From NCBI GenBank assembly GCA_951406725.2, contig OX597821.1, positions 48,360,001 through 48,424,000 on the forward strand: a DNA stretch of 64,000 nt. Reading direction: 5' to 3'. Each line of letters opens with the position of its first letter. The first letter of the stretch is position 1. The notes under the pieces are model-generated. The model made no database searches and was not told where the DNA came from. It saw only the letters and a list, made by a program, of their open reading frames with translations. Source of the stretch: Octopus vulgaris. Lineage: Eukaryota. Shown in pieces: positions 39,901 to 52,185 of this stretch. The translations under genes and the position numbers were made by a program.

Positions 39901-39960
39901 CCATATTGGACCGATTTCAGGGTTAGTTCGTAAGAACTCTCCCTTCGTCAGTGATACATG
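39901..39960 (-). ncRNA. Type I hammerhead fold with extended stem II
   Basis: Minus strand: CTGACGA AGGG ag AGTTC ttac GAACT aa CCCT GAA ATCGGT C; stem I is imperfect. Confidence 0.6.
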
Positions 39961-40104
39961 TGGCAAAGAAATAAATGAGATACTTACTCATACCCATGGA
40001 AGAAGCAAAACACTAAGTCATGAGCACAATTTTATAAGTTGTTTATATATATATATATATATATATAAATTGGATACAACTCACCCAACAAGAACTCACT
40101 ACTT

Positions 40105-40156
40105 GAACAAAACTTGACTTAAACAAAACTTGACTTAAACAAAACTTGACTTAAAC
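40105..40156. repeat. 16-bp tandem repeat aacaaaacttgactta x3
   Basis: Direct reading. Confidence 0.9.
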
Positions 40157-40774
40157 AGGATTCGAATAATCTTATCAGGTGGTGCTATTAAGTTAGACAT
40201 GGCCTGGACCAATCTTTGGTCGAAACATATCTAAGTTATCTAAGTTATATATATTTATATATAGATAAATATGTACGTATGTATGTATATAGCATTACAG
40301 AAATTTGGTTTTAGAATTACTAAAAGAATTATCTAACGATTGCAGTGTGGAAGACACAAGATATGCATTCAAAAGCACACAACAGTATAATGTTAGTGAT
40401 GAGGTTGCAGTTTGAGCAACAAAAACTTTGACACTGTATGATAACTAATAAATGAGCGAAGCACTCATGTTAGTTTCAATACACTTACTTGGATCAAATT
40501 GCTTCCCTGGCAAGTACACCTCCAAATTATTCTTTTTCTCAACCAAAACTGCGGTACATTGTGTGAATATAGAGTTAAAGAATAGAAAATGGTACTTACT
40601 TTCCAAGATGGAATATAAAGAAGATATTGAGAATAAAATATGTCAACAGCATTGACCAACCAGCACTGAATAAAATCAATGAATGTAACTCAACCATCCC
40701 ATCTTTCCTTCAATGTTTCTTCATTGTGTATACCTCTATCTCATAGCAACCTTCTCTCTTCTTCACTCTGTAAT

Positions 40775-40838
40775 TATGTGTGTGTGTGTGTATATATATA
40801 CATATATACGTGTGTGTGTGTACATATATATATGTATG

Positions 40839-40897
<59 letters not shown>

Positions 40898-41127
40898 CAC
40901 ACACATATATATATATATATATATAGTATATATATATAAAAAGGGTGGCGTAATTGCAATTTTACAACTGAAAGGCAGAAAGGCGTATGTATATATATAT
41001 ATATATACACACATACACACACACATATATAAATATATATATACACATATATATACATATATATGTATATATATACACACACATATTAATATATATACAC
41101 ATATATATACATATCTAAATTATATAT

Positions 41128-41166
<39 letters not shown>

Positions 41167-41231
41167 TATGTGTGTGTATATATATATACATACAAACACA
41201 CACACATATATACATATATATATATTATATG

Positions 41232-41276
<45 letters not shown>

Positions 41277-41335
41277 GTATATATATACACATATATTCAC
41301 ACACACATATATACATTTATATATATACACATAGA

Positions 41336-41375
<40 letters not shown>

Positions 41376-41395
41376 CAAACTCACACACACATATG
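40775..41395. repeat. Compound TA/CA microsatellite block
   Basis: Direct reading. Confidence 0.95.
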
Positions 41396-41739
41396 AATAT
41401 TTGTATCTCCTAAATAACACAACTCCCTCTATACATCTCCACCTCTACCTTACTCTCTATCTTTATCTCTGTATCTCCCAACTATTGAAATAATCCATGT
41501 AACAAGTAATATTTCCAAGTTTAATTTCCTAAAAGCTTTATTGATATTCCCAAACATAGCTCCACATTATTCCTTAGTCAATATCTTGTACAATAAATAT
41601 GTCTGACTAGCTCAAAGCTATTATTTACCAAAATTATTGATTAAAGTGTTTTTCTCCATACTTTTACTTAGCTTTTTCCATTGCTATTTTTTATTCACTT
41701 TCCAAGTACTATTTATATATTATTTACATATATTATTCA

Positions 41740-41753
41740 CCACACACATGCAT

Positions 41754-41792
<39 letters not shown>

Positions 41793-42121
41793 GGTGTGTA
41801 TGTATGTATGTGTGTAATTATACATTTGTATATATTTACCTTGTTGGACTGATTCCATGTTTTGATGGAGACAAAGTATTTAAGAGATCTGAAAGAAATG
41901 AAAATCAGAAATATATATTAAATGTGCAAATGCATGCCTATATACATACATACATACATACATGCATGCATGCATACATACATACATACATACATACATA
42001 CATACATACATACATACACACATACACACATGCATGCATGCATGCATGCATACATACATACATACATAAATACATACATGCATACATACATACATACGTA
42101 CATGTGTGTGTGTATTTGCAT

Positions 42122-42152
<31 letters not shown>

Positions 42153-42240
42153 CACACAAATATTACAAATATATATGTTATATATGTATGTATATATATA
42201 TATATATATATATACATACATATATATCACACACACTCAT
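41740..42240. repeat. CA/TACA/TA microsatellite block
   Basis: Direct reading. Confidence 0.9.
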
Positions 42241-42379
42241 ATAAATATTTATGTATATTGTAAATATGTATATGCATGTAAGTATTGTAAAAATATACTA
42301 GGTGTTCAGGCTAAATTTCCCAGTTTGCATAAAAGGCAAAGAAAACAATATTTTCTTACCAGTATTTTGTCCATCATTA

Positions 42380-42500
42380 TGTTCTGGGTTCAAATGTTGC
42401 CAAGTTTGACTTTACCTTTCGTCCTTTTGGGATCAGTAAAATAGTTGAATCCTAGGGTTGATCCCCGAAATTGCTGGCCTTGTGCCAAAACTTGAAACTA
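42380..42500 (+). mobile_element. SINE family B fragment
   Basis: gggttcaaat...gactttacctttcgtcc...gaaattgctggccttgtgccaaaacttgaaac. Confidence 0.7.
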
Positions 42501-42594
42501 ATATTACATTTATGTAATAAAAACAATATATACCATCCAAATATATGTATTTTTAAAAATCCAGAAAATTAGATAATGGCTGGGAGATAACAGT

Positions 42595-43060
42595 TTACTC
42601 CAAGTAACCACCCTCAGCTTTCATCATGGCCTCAAGATGGCTCTGGAATCTTTCACATGCATTCCTCTCTGTGTCCTTGGGAAAGTCTATGAACACTTCC
42701 TTGATCTTGGTCTCCAGCTCAGCCTTGGTATTGCAAACACAGTGGTTAATGTCTTTCTCAACCAAGCTCCAGGTATTGTTATCCATGGGGTTACAATTGG
42801 GGAAATTAGGTAGCCAGAAATTGGGGCTGTTTAGAAATTCTCCACCAACCACTAATGACTCTTTCTGGAGGTATGGCAAGGAGCTGATACCTTCTGTAAC
42901 ACATATGGCCTTCCAGCAGCAACCCACTCCAGCTAGGGTTTAAACACATTCTCCAGCAGCTTCACATAGCCACCTGAATTGAGCCTAAGGCTCTATTCAA
43001 ATATATGGGGCAGCTTAACATCACCTCACACTTGAGACATACACAAAAATGCTCACAATT
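42595..43060 (-). pseudogene. maT (DD37D-type) transposase C-terminal remnant
   Basis: FWLPNFPNCNPMD.. and ACERFQSHLEAMMKAEGGYLE; related to 59693-60949. Confidence 0.8.
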
Positions 43061-43094
43061 TGGATGGCTTTCATTTAGGCTATGTTTGAAATTC

Positions 43095-43510
43095 TTTACA
43101 CTCTTTTACTCTTTTACTCTTTTACTTGTTTCAGTCATTTGACTGAGGCCATGCTGGATCACCGCCTTTAGTCGAGGAAATCGACCCCCAGGACTTATTC
43201 TTTGTAAGCCTAGTACTTATTCTATCGGTCTCTTTTGCTGAACTGCTAAGTTATGGGGACGTAAACACACCAGCATTTGTTGTCAAGCAATGTTGGGAGG
43301 ACAAACACAGACACACAAACACACGCATATATATATACATATATACGACGGGCTTCTTTCAGTTTCCGTCTACCAAATCCACTCACAAGGCTTTGGTCGG
43401 CCCATGGCTATAGTAGAAGACACTTTCCCAAGGTGCCACACAGTGGGACTGAACCCGGAACTATGTGGTTGGTAAGCAAGCTACTTACCACACAGCCACT
43501 CCTGCACCTA
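43095..43510 (-). mobile_element. SINE family A
   Basis: Colinear with 19565-19955. Confidence 0.92.
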
Positions 43511-43731
43511 TATTCAGAAAATATTGAACAGCAGTCATGATGTTAGCAATTTGATACCTAGCCCAAATCACCATGATACAGGTAACTCTTTTTCAACATT
43601 CACCTGGCTTCCAGTCCTCCATGCCAACTAAATTTTTCTCAACTACAATAATCTTTATGCTCTCCAACACTGTTGACTGTAACTAATACATCAAGCTGTT
43701 CCTGAAAATGAAACTGTCAAAATTAACCCTG

Positions 43732-43779
<48 letters not shown>

Positions 43780-43971
43780 TGTATACATGGATGCAGCTCT
43801 CAAGCTGAATCTACTAAAGAAAGGTAAAGAAAGATTTAAATATATATATATATATATATATACATATATTGATAAAAAAACGGTGAGACAACAAAAGAAA
43901 GAAAGAGACCTCAATATTATGTAAAATTGCCAGACATCAGTTGAGGACTCTACCCAGCAAAAGAATTCAAT

Positions 43972-44175
43972 ATGGACGCCTATTACATCGATTATTCTAT
44001 GAAAAACATACCTATACCATCAAGGGAACTATACGCTAAGAAACTTTTGGAGAAAATTACAGACCTGATTAAGCAAGGGCATTTTTCCGATGGCCGGATA
44101 ACTGAAGAGGTGGCGTCATGGATTTCCACCTCGGCATCTAAAACTCGGTGTTTTATCATGGCTACCGAATAATTG
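43972..44175 (+). mobile_element. Internally deleted Penelope-like element: ORF N-terminus joined to hammerhead-like end
   Basis: DYSMKNIPIPSRELYAKKLLEKITDLIK resembles the N-terminus of invertebrate Penelope-like ORFs (recalled). It is followed by gataa CTGAAGA...aaactcggtgtt ttatc. Confidence 0.6.
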
Positions 44176-44219
44176 TTACATATTACATTTACAGATATAT
44201 ATATATATATATATACATA

Positions 44220-44517
44220 TATATATAAGAGAATTTGTATGTGTGTGTGTGTCTCTCTGTGTACGTATGTTCATTATGCATTCCAAAAGTAAGTTGCTGA
44301 TTTTGATTATATGAGGTATCAAAAGATTCAGTACTATTTTCGCTACCAATTAAACTTTATTTTCATTGACATATTTGCATTATAAAAATTTGAAATTATA
44401 ATCTTTTCCATAAGTAAACCAGTGTAAGAATTTTATACCATGACAACGATGTCACATTTTCTATATTTGTGTGTACCTTAGAAGACATCCTTCATCACAA
44501 GACACACCTTCACTAAT

Positions 44518-44564
<47 letters not shown>

Positions 44565-47130
44565 TGCGCACATCCATTTCATATACACATCTTTCATTTT
44601 CTCATTTCCTTCACTTTCTGCTCTCTCTCCCTTTTTTTGCTTTCTCTTTTCTTTCAATTTTTGCTCTCTTCAAAGCATCAAGAAATTAATTATAACGGAA
44701 TGACCAAGTGAAAGACAGATGGCGGGTGGGAGACAGATACTGATGTTTCATACTTTATGTGTCTTCTATAGGTGAAAATGAAGGAAAACTGGCACAAAGA
44801 GAGGGAGAAAGTGGGAGAGAAGGGGACACTGAGAACCTCAGAAATTAGGTCGTTTCGTACAATTTTAAAGTCTTTTCACTTTCATCTCATGTTTCATGCA
44901 TACGTAGAATTAGGCATTATTTTTTCTTTCAATTTCTTATAATCTACGAAGACATTCTACTGTTAACGTATTACAACTTCACTACATTTCCTTCTTTTGG
45001 AATTAAGAAAGGTATGCAAAAATAACTTCCTTTGCCACACACACACAGAGTATGAATTTGCTGTGTGCTAAATTACAGCTCAAATCATATGGAAATTACC
45101 TTTTCCTATTCTCTCATTCCTGTTTGTGATGAGCGTATTTCAAAACCTGATCTTCCATTTAAACTTACAAAGAAGTTTTCTCAGAAATCCTGTACTTTAC
45201 CTGTTGTTTCTAGCTTGTCTGAGATGACATTTGCGTACTCCACCCCACTTATTTCTTTCCTTAATTTACTCACATTCCTATGTTTTCCATACAGGAGATT
45301 CACATTTCATCTGAAAGCGAGTAGTGATGAGTGGCTGAGGTGGTGGAAGGAGTATTCAGTATTTCTTTCAGAAAAATTAAATTTTCAAAAACAAATTATA
45401 TTTCCCACATTCATAATCTCTTTATTTTTCCACATGCATAAAAAACAAAATTTGAAAAGCAGTTAAAAATTAGGAAATTTTGGTGGGAAGTGGGGAAATT
45501 ATAATTTTGAGAACATGATTTCTGGGCAAAATCATATTAACCCCTTTTTATTCCATAAAACAGTACATAGTTTGTGACCCTTCTTAAGAATATAATTCAC
45601 TTTCATGCAGATTGTCTCCTCCCCACTTCACTTCTGGACAAACAATAACTTTCGTTACACCAGTAATCCTCTCCATTATATATATCAGCTAACAGAATGC
45701 ATTATGCTTATCAACACAGAATGCAGCCAAATCATTCAGAATTTACCACTTTTCATAATAACAGCATACAAATTGAGATATGAATTTTCCCACATCTATT
45801 TATTTGTTACTAAAAAACCAAATTATACATTGCACAACTTCAAATTGCTGTCTTCCATGTTATATGTTTGTTAATTGTTCACTCTTTTCACCAAAACAAA
45901 GACATTTTTATTATCTTCACAAACAAGGGCCACAAAGAGAACTGCTTCTATTTGTGTTCATGAAAACTCACTTCAGTGTGAACAGCACCTACTCTCTAAT
46001 TGTCAAAGAGCTACAGCAATGCGAGTGTCAGTCTCACACTGAATGATTGCAATGACTTTTAAAAGCCAGGTGTAAAATAATATCAACACAGGCATCCAAG
46101 ACTGAGGTAGACCACCATATGCATTTTCTTCATAATCGGTGCACTACAGAAGCAATGTGAGCAGCAGAGACTCAGGAAGCACATTCCATATGTCTTTTTC
46201 AAAACAGACATACAACTGCAGCAACCCAATCTGCTGAGTCTCAGGAACACCGTTCAGCACGCCTTACACTGAACCAACGTAAAACTGCAACAAGCCAAGC
46301 AGCTGAATCTCACCAAAAGTGTGCCCACCACCTCTTACAAGCATCCAATAGGCAAGCATGTATTAGGACAAATTGCAGTACAGACAGTGTTACTACAACG
46401 AATTAAAGTGTCCAACATATAATGCCAGCTGCCCCTACGCACATACCAATTTCCATTGGTACATTTTGCAAAGAGAAATTGGCTCTTAGATATGATCTTA
46501 ATTTTGATTACAGTAAAGATCCTGCTGTAAGAGTAGGTGGGCTTTTGCATCTGTGCAGATTCTGTGGGGCAAAGAAGTTTATGTGTGAAAGTCCTAGAAT
46601 GTATTGCTCTGGAGGCAAGCTTCAGATTCCTGTTTTACAATCTCCTCCACAGCCATTATTCGACTTGCTAGATGGGTGTACTGCAGAATCAAAGCACTTC
46701 CTCTCCAACGTTCAATGCTACAATTCTGCTTTCCAGATGACATCTTTTGACATGACTAAACAAATAGCAAAGGAAGGATTTCAGACAACATTCAAAGTTC
46801 AAGGACAGGTGTACTACTTGATAGGATCATTTCTATCATCTGGTGATGACAAGGCCAAACCTCTGCAAATTTACTTTATGGGGAACAACCAGCAGCAGTT
46901 AAGGAGATGCTGTCAGATAATAACAACCTTGCATGAGGACATCGTTTCTGCTCTGCAGACCATGTTTTTGGCCCACAATAATTTGATTCAACAGCTCAAA
47001 ATTGTAGTTGAATGGACACACATTTTAAATGACTTCACACTATCCATAAGAGCCAACAAAAAAACCCCATTGGACAGCACTTAGGTCGATACAATGCCCT
47101 TGCAGGGGATTTCAGACAAATATTATGCCC
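44220..47130 (+). mobile_element. Degenerate autonomous-type Helitron remnant
   Basis: Helitron-like 5' start (tatataagagaatttgtatgtgtgt...tatgcattcc) and Rep/Hel coding remnants at 46000-47130. The 5' boundary is uncertain. Confidence 0.65.
46422..47125 (+). pseudogene. Helitron Rep/helicase N-terminal region
   Basis: CRFCGAKKF..E...YCSGGK, YNSAFQMTSF, TFKVQGQVYYLIGS, QIYF and GRYNA, then a jump to the helicase motif GDFRQIL. Confidence 0.9.
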
Positions 47131-48185
47131 ATGGTCAACTGGACAGCCACTGTCACTAGCTATGCTGATAATACAAAATTATCACAGGTAATAAAAAAAA
47201 TCAACATGATGTTGTAAGCTTACAGTGGGACCTGAATTCGATATCCAAGAGGATTGAAATAAACAACAAGCAGTTTAATGCTGGAAAATTTCAAGCACTA
47301 CACTATCAACTCATGAATGCACTGCAGCCTGCATTTACAGACTCTGAAGACACTGCAATCCCAGAATCACAGGCAGTGAAAGATTTGGGGATCAGTGTGA
47401 GCAATGACACATTATTTTATATGCACATTACCAAGATGGCAGCAAAGTAAAGACAACTGGCAGGATGGATACTGAGGTCTTTCAAGACAAGAGACCAAGA
47501 AACTATGTTGACTCTGGGGAGAACCTTTGTTCTCAGCTGCCTGGACTACAGCTCCCAGTTATGGTCACCATATTGTGCCAAACTAACAGCAGATCTTGAA
47601 GCAGTCCAATGCCACTACACTAAAAAGATTGAAACAGTGCAGCAGATGAGCTATAGGGACAGGCTGAGAAAACTGCAACTTTACTCCCTGGAGCAAAGGC
47701 ATGACAAATATGTAATAATCTACATATGGAAAACTCTAGAAATGCTAGTACATAATTTCAGCACTGAGTGTTATACAAATGCCAGAACAGGCCATCATTG
47801 TATTGTACTAAAGGTACCATCCACTCCATCTAAATTCAGGACTAGGTACTGCAGTAGTCTAGGGTTCAAAGGTTCACAGCTCTTCAATGCTCTGCCACAA
47901 AAACCAAGAAGCCTGCATAAGGTGGAAGTAGATGTTTTCAAAAAGGAACCAGACATCCTCCTCGCCACAATAGTACATGAACCAATAGCCCAACATGTTG
48001 TGCAGGCGAAGGCAACAGAATCAAACTCCCTTATACACCAAATAGACCAACAGCTGGGACAAAGGCACATACAGGAGTGATGATGTGAAACACCCCCAGA
48101 CTGAGGAAATCAGAAAGACCATGGTGGTGCTCCAGCATGACTACAGCCATATGACTGAAACAAGTAAAAGAGTAAAAAAGTAAAG
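47130..48185 (+). mobile_element. 5'-truncated CR1/L2-group LINE (RT C-terminus and 3' tail)
   Basis: SYADNTKL, VKDLGI, LDYSSQLWSP, LEAVQ, LYSLEQR, LFNALP and SNSL. The ORF ends at 48080, followed by the tail gctccagcatgactacagccatatgactgaaacaagtaaaagag. Confidence 0.88.
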
Positions 48186-48575
48186 AAATATATGTGTGTG
48201 TGTGTATATACTATAAATTACAAGAGTAATAAAAGCAAAAATAAGGATAATAAAAGTAAAAATAAGGATACTAAAGTTAGATACACATATAAATAAGATT
48301 TAGCAAAATTGGAATAAAGTAACAAAAGAAATAAAAACATAAAGTAGAATAAGAGATGAAGAGATAAGATACTGTAGAACTGAGAACAGGATTTTGACTT
48401 TGATGAGATGGTAGTGGACATAAATAATTTCTTAGTTTGACCACTCATTGAATTATAGATTAAGGTTGCAGTTTGATATCATTGTGATGAATGGTCAGTT
48501 TACCCAAACTCACCACTAAAAATTACTAGCTTTATAAATTTATAGTATATGTATGTGTGTGTATACACATGCACT

Positions 48576-48622
<47 letters not shown>

Positions 48623-48770
48623 TAACATGCTCGAGTGTATACAAGTATGCCTCATTATGCACAGCTTTAAATATATGAATCTGCACATACATCTCCACAC
48701 ATATCTACAGTTACACCCTAGTAAACATACACATACACTAACATATCCACATATCTTTAAGCACACGTAC

Positions 48771-48813
<43 letters not shown>

Positions 48814-48989
48814 CATATATTTAGAATGACAAGGTTGTCAGAATGTTGGATAAGTATATATATATTTTTTCTTTACATTTTATTTAAACTTTAAGCACTT
48901 TCTTCCATTATCAGATTTATCAAAAAGTGGTTTAAACTTAGATTTCTTGGCCTTTTTATATATAAAAAAATTTGTGGGGTTTGTCAAGC

Positions 48990-49021
<32 letters not shown>

Positions 49022-49110
49022 ATAAACATAATACATAGGATAATAATAATTTTTTTTACCAGTGGCCTAGCACAAAAAACGAATTAGTCATTAGACTATA
49101 TATTATTCAT

Positions 49111-49271
49111 ATAGAAATACAATAAGAGGCTTCCAAATAGGAAAGCGTTGTGCTAGGAAAGAGCAATAGAAATCTCAAAAACCACAAAAAAAAGGATAAA
49201 TTCTCGAAAGGAATGAAAATTAAAAACGTCTACCATCTCAACTATTTGGAAGCCTCTTATTGTATTTCTAT
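49111..49271. repeat. Perfect 30-bp inverted repeat, 101-bp spacer
   Basis: atagaaatacaataagaggcttccaaatag (49111-49140) and its reverse complement at 49242-49271. Confidence 0.9.
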
Positions 49272-49499
49272 CATCATCATCATCATTTAGCATCCTGAAT
49301 GAATAGAGCAGAATGCAGGCCTGATTTCACCTAATAGATCTATGAGAATAAATGGTTATGGCATAAGCCATGGTACACTTGGAACAGCTGTTAGGATAAA
49401 ACTATTGCATAGCTCCTTTCCTTTACTTCCTTCTGTACTAAGTATTTTGTATTCCATGCACATGCATGCATTAATCCTACTTGAGTTTATTTGTCTTTC

Positions 49500-50520
49500 T
49501 ATCACTTGCTCCTACATTATTTGGCATCTTCTTCTCGCTGCTGCTGTCACATTCCTTTGAGACATCAGGTGATGAAGTGTTTCTGCACAATAGAAGTGAC
49601 GGGAAACTGTTCAATTTCTCACGTCTGTGTGCCAAGACCAAAATCAGAAGTGTTCTGTTCAAGGAGATGCTCTTTGCTGATGATGCCGTTCTGGAATCAC
49701 ACACAGAAGAAGCCCTGCAAAGGCTCATCAACTGTTTTGAGCAAGCATGTAGCGACTTTGGCTTAGTTATCAGCCTCAAGAAGACCAACATCATGGGTCA
49801 GTCTACATCGGACATCCCAAACACACATATTAGAGACCACAGACTACAGAAAGTGGAAAAGTTTGCCTATCTTGACTCTACCATCAGCTACAACCTATCC
49901 TTTGATGCTGAGCTCAATATACGCATTGGCAAGGCAGCTGCTGTGATGGTCCAACTCTCTAAATGGGCATGGGACAAGCTGATTAAGACCACATAAGCTG
50001 ACCAAGACCACATAAGCTGACCAAGACCACATAAGCTGACCAAGACCACATAAGCTGACCAAGACCACATAAGCTGACCAAGACCACATAAGCTGACCAA
50101 GACCACAAAGATGAAGATTTACCAGGCATGTTACATACACATGCCAAGAGCGTTGCCTAAATATCTTTCACCTGCACTTCCTCCAGAAAATCCTTGGCAT
50201 CAAATGGCAGAATCATGTCCCCAGCAAAGATATCCTCAAGCAAGCAGGAATACCAAGCATGTTTGCACTCCTCACACAAAGACGTATGAGATGGCTTGGA
50301 CATGTTAGCCGTATGGAAGATGGCAGAATCCCCAAGGACATACCCAACGGAGAGCTTGCTGGGGGCACTAGGTCTGTGAGAAGACCGTTCTTATGATACA
50401 AGGATGTTTGCAAAAGGGATATGAAGGCTTGCAACATTAATATTAGCAACTGGGAAGCAGTTGCCAGCAACTGTGGAGATTGGCAATGTACCGTAAAAGA
50501 GGGAACACAAAGGAGTGACA
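49500..50520 (+). pseudogene. RTE (BovB-type) RT fragment
   Basis: LAPTLFGIFF, SDGKLFN, LFADDA, FGLVISLKKT, RIGKAAA and WLGHVSRMEDGRIPK; lacks the PHD insertion. Confidence 0.92.
49976..50108. repeat. 19-bp tandem repeat aagctgaccaagaccacat x7 within RTE ORF
   Basis: Direct reading; the internal units are identical. Confidence 0.95.
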
Positions 50521-51077
50521 GCATGGAATGATGAAATAACCCCAGATGCAACGTACAGTGCAGAAGAGCTTCCTCATGTTGCATAAGATACTTCATGGGA
50601 TTTACATTTCAATTTCGCTTCAACCTATATGGTGAGAGATTCTAACAGTTCAAGTCCATTTATTAAAGTGAGGAAAATTTGATTAGGAAGAAAATAAAAG
50701 AATAAAAACACAAAGCAGCTAACATGAATTGGGGTGTTAATGCTTGTGGTCAAGAAATTAGCGCTAAAAAATAAAAAATTTAAAAAATAAAGAATCTAGT
50801 GTATATGGATGGGCATTTGATAGACCAGCTCAGCATGTGTAAGCCTTTGATGTCTGGTGGGTAGGGCAGTCAAGTATAGCACCATGGTCAGATTCAGGTC
50901 TTTAGACCATGTGGCAGCGAACATTTAGACACACACACACATTCATATGTATATGTGTGTGTGCATGCCTGTATACACTCACACACACATGTGTGTTCAC
51001 CAACACACGCACACATGCGTACACATACATACATTCATACATACATACATGCATACATACATACATACATACATACA

Positions 51078-51111
<34 letters not shown>

Positions 51112-51581
51112 CATACATACATACATACATACATAAATACATACATACATTCATACATACATACATACATACATACATACCCACAGACATCGGTCATCCT
51201 GTCAATAAGCACAGACATCTATTCACTCACAAACACAGTCATACACTCACCCATATATATTTTGGCATCACTTTGCTCAAGTACACATATACATCCCACT
51301 AAATTTACACACATACTAACCACCACATGCACATACATACAGACACACACACTCACCTGGGTATGCATACACACACATGCACACACACACATATACTTAT
51401 ACACACACACATACATAGACCCCTGTACATGCACATACAGACACACACACACACACACTTATGGCTACATATACATGCATGCGCATATAGGCACACAAAC
51501 CCATATATATGTACATACACTGCTACACACCTGCACACACATTTACATGGGTACAGTCATATGTATACACACACATGGGCA

Positions 51582-51627
<46 letters not shown>

Positions 51628-52077
51628 TGCACACAAATGCATGTATGCATATGAATGTGTGTGTGTGTCTAAATGTTCGCAGCCACAAAATCTAAAGACC
51701 TGAATCTGACCATGGTGTTATACTTGACTGCCCTACCCACCAGACATCAAAGGCTTACACATGCTGAGCTGGTCTATCAAATGCCCATTCATATACACTA
51801 GATTCTTTATTTTTTTTTTTTATTTTTTAGCACTAATTTCTTGACCACAAGCATTAAGACCTCACCTAATTCATGTTAGCTGCTTTGTGTTTTTATTCTT
51901 TTATTTTCTTCCTAATCAAATCTTCCTCACTTTAATAAATGGACTTGAACTGCTAGAATCTCTCACCATATAGGTTGAAGCAAAATTGAAATGTAAACCC
52001 CAAGAAGTATCATATATAACCTGAGGAAGCTCTTTTGCACTGTGTATTGCATTAGGTGTCATTGCATCATTCTATGC
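50521..52077. repeat. ~430-bp inverted repeat (50521-50949 / 51648-52077) around a ~700-bp CA/TACA spacer; possible foldback element
   Basis: The arms are reverse complements over their whole length, with scattered mismatches. Confidence 0.92.
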
Positions 52078-52185
52078 CCCCCTAGGGAGCTGTGTAATAT
52101 GAAGCCAAAATGATTTTTGTGCTAATAAATGCTTCTTGTTACACTCCATCTTCTGGATTAATCTTTTAATATATATTTAAGGGCA

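Noticed and set aside
40195-40236. gacca/tggtc hairpin followed by gaaac as a possible hammerhead
   Set aside because: No CUGANGA-like box, even allowing 3:8 covariation.
49976-50108. Short regular repeat as a possible CRISPR array
   Set aside because: The units are head-to-tail with no spacers.
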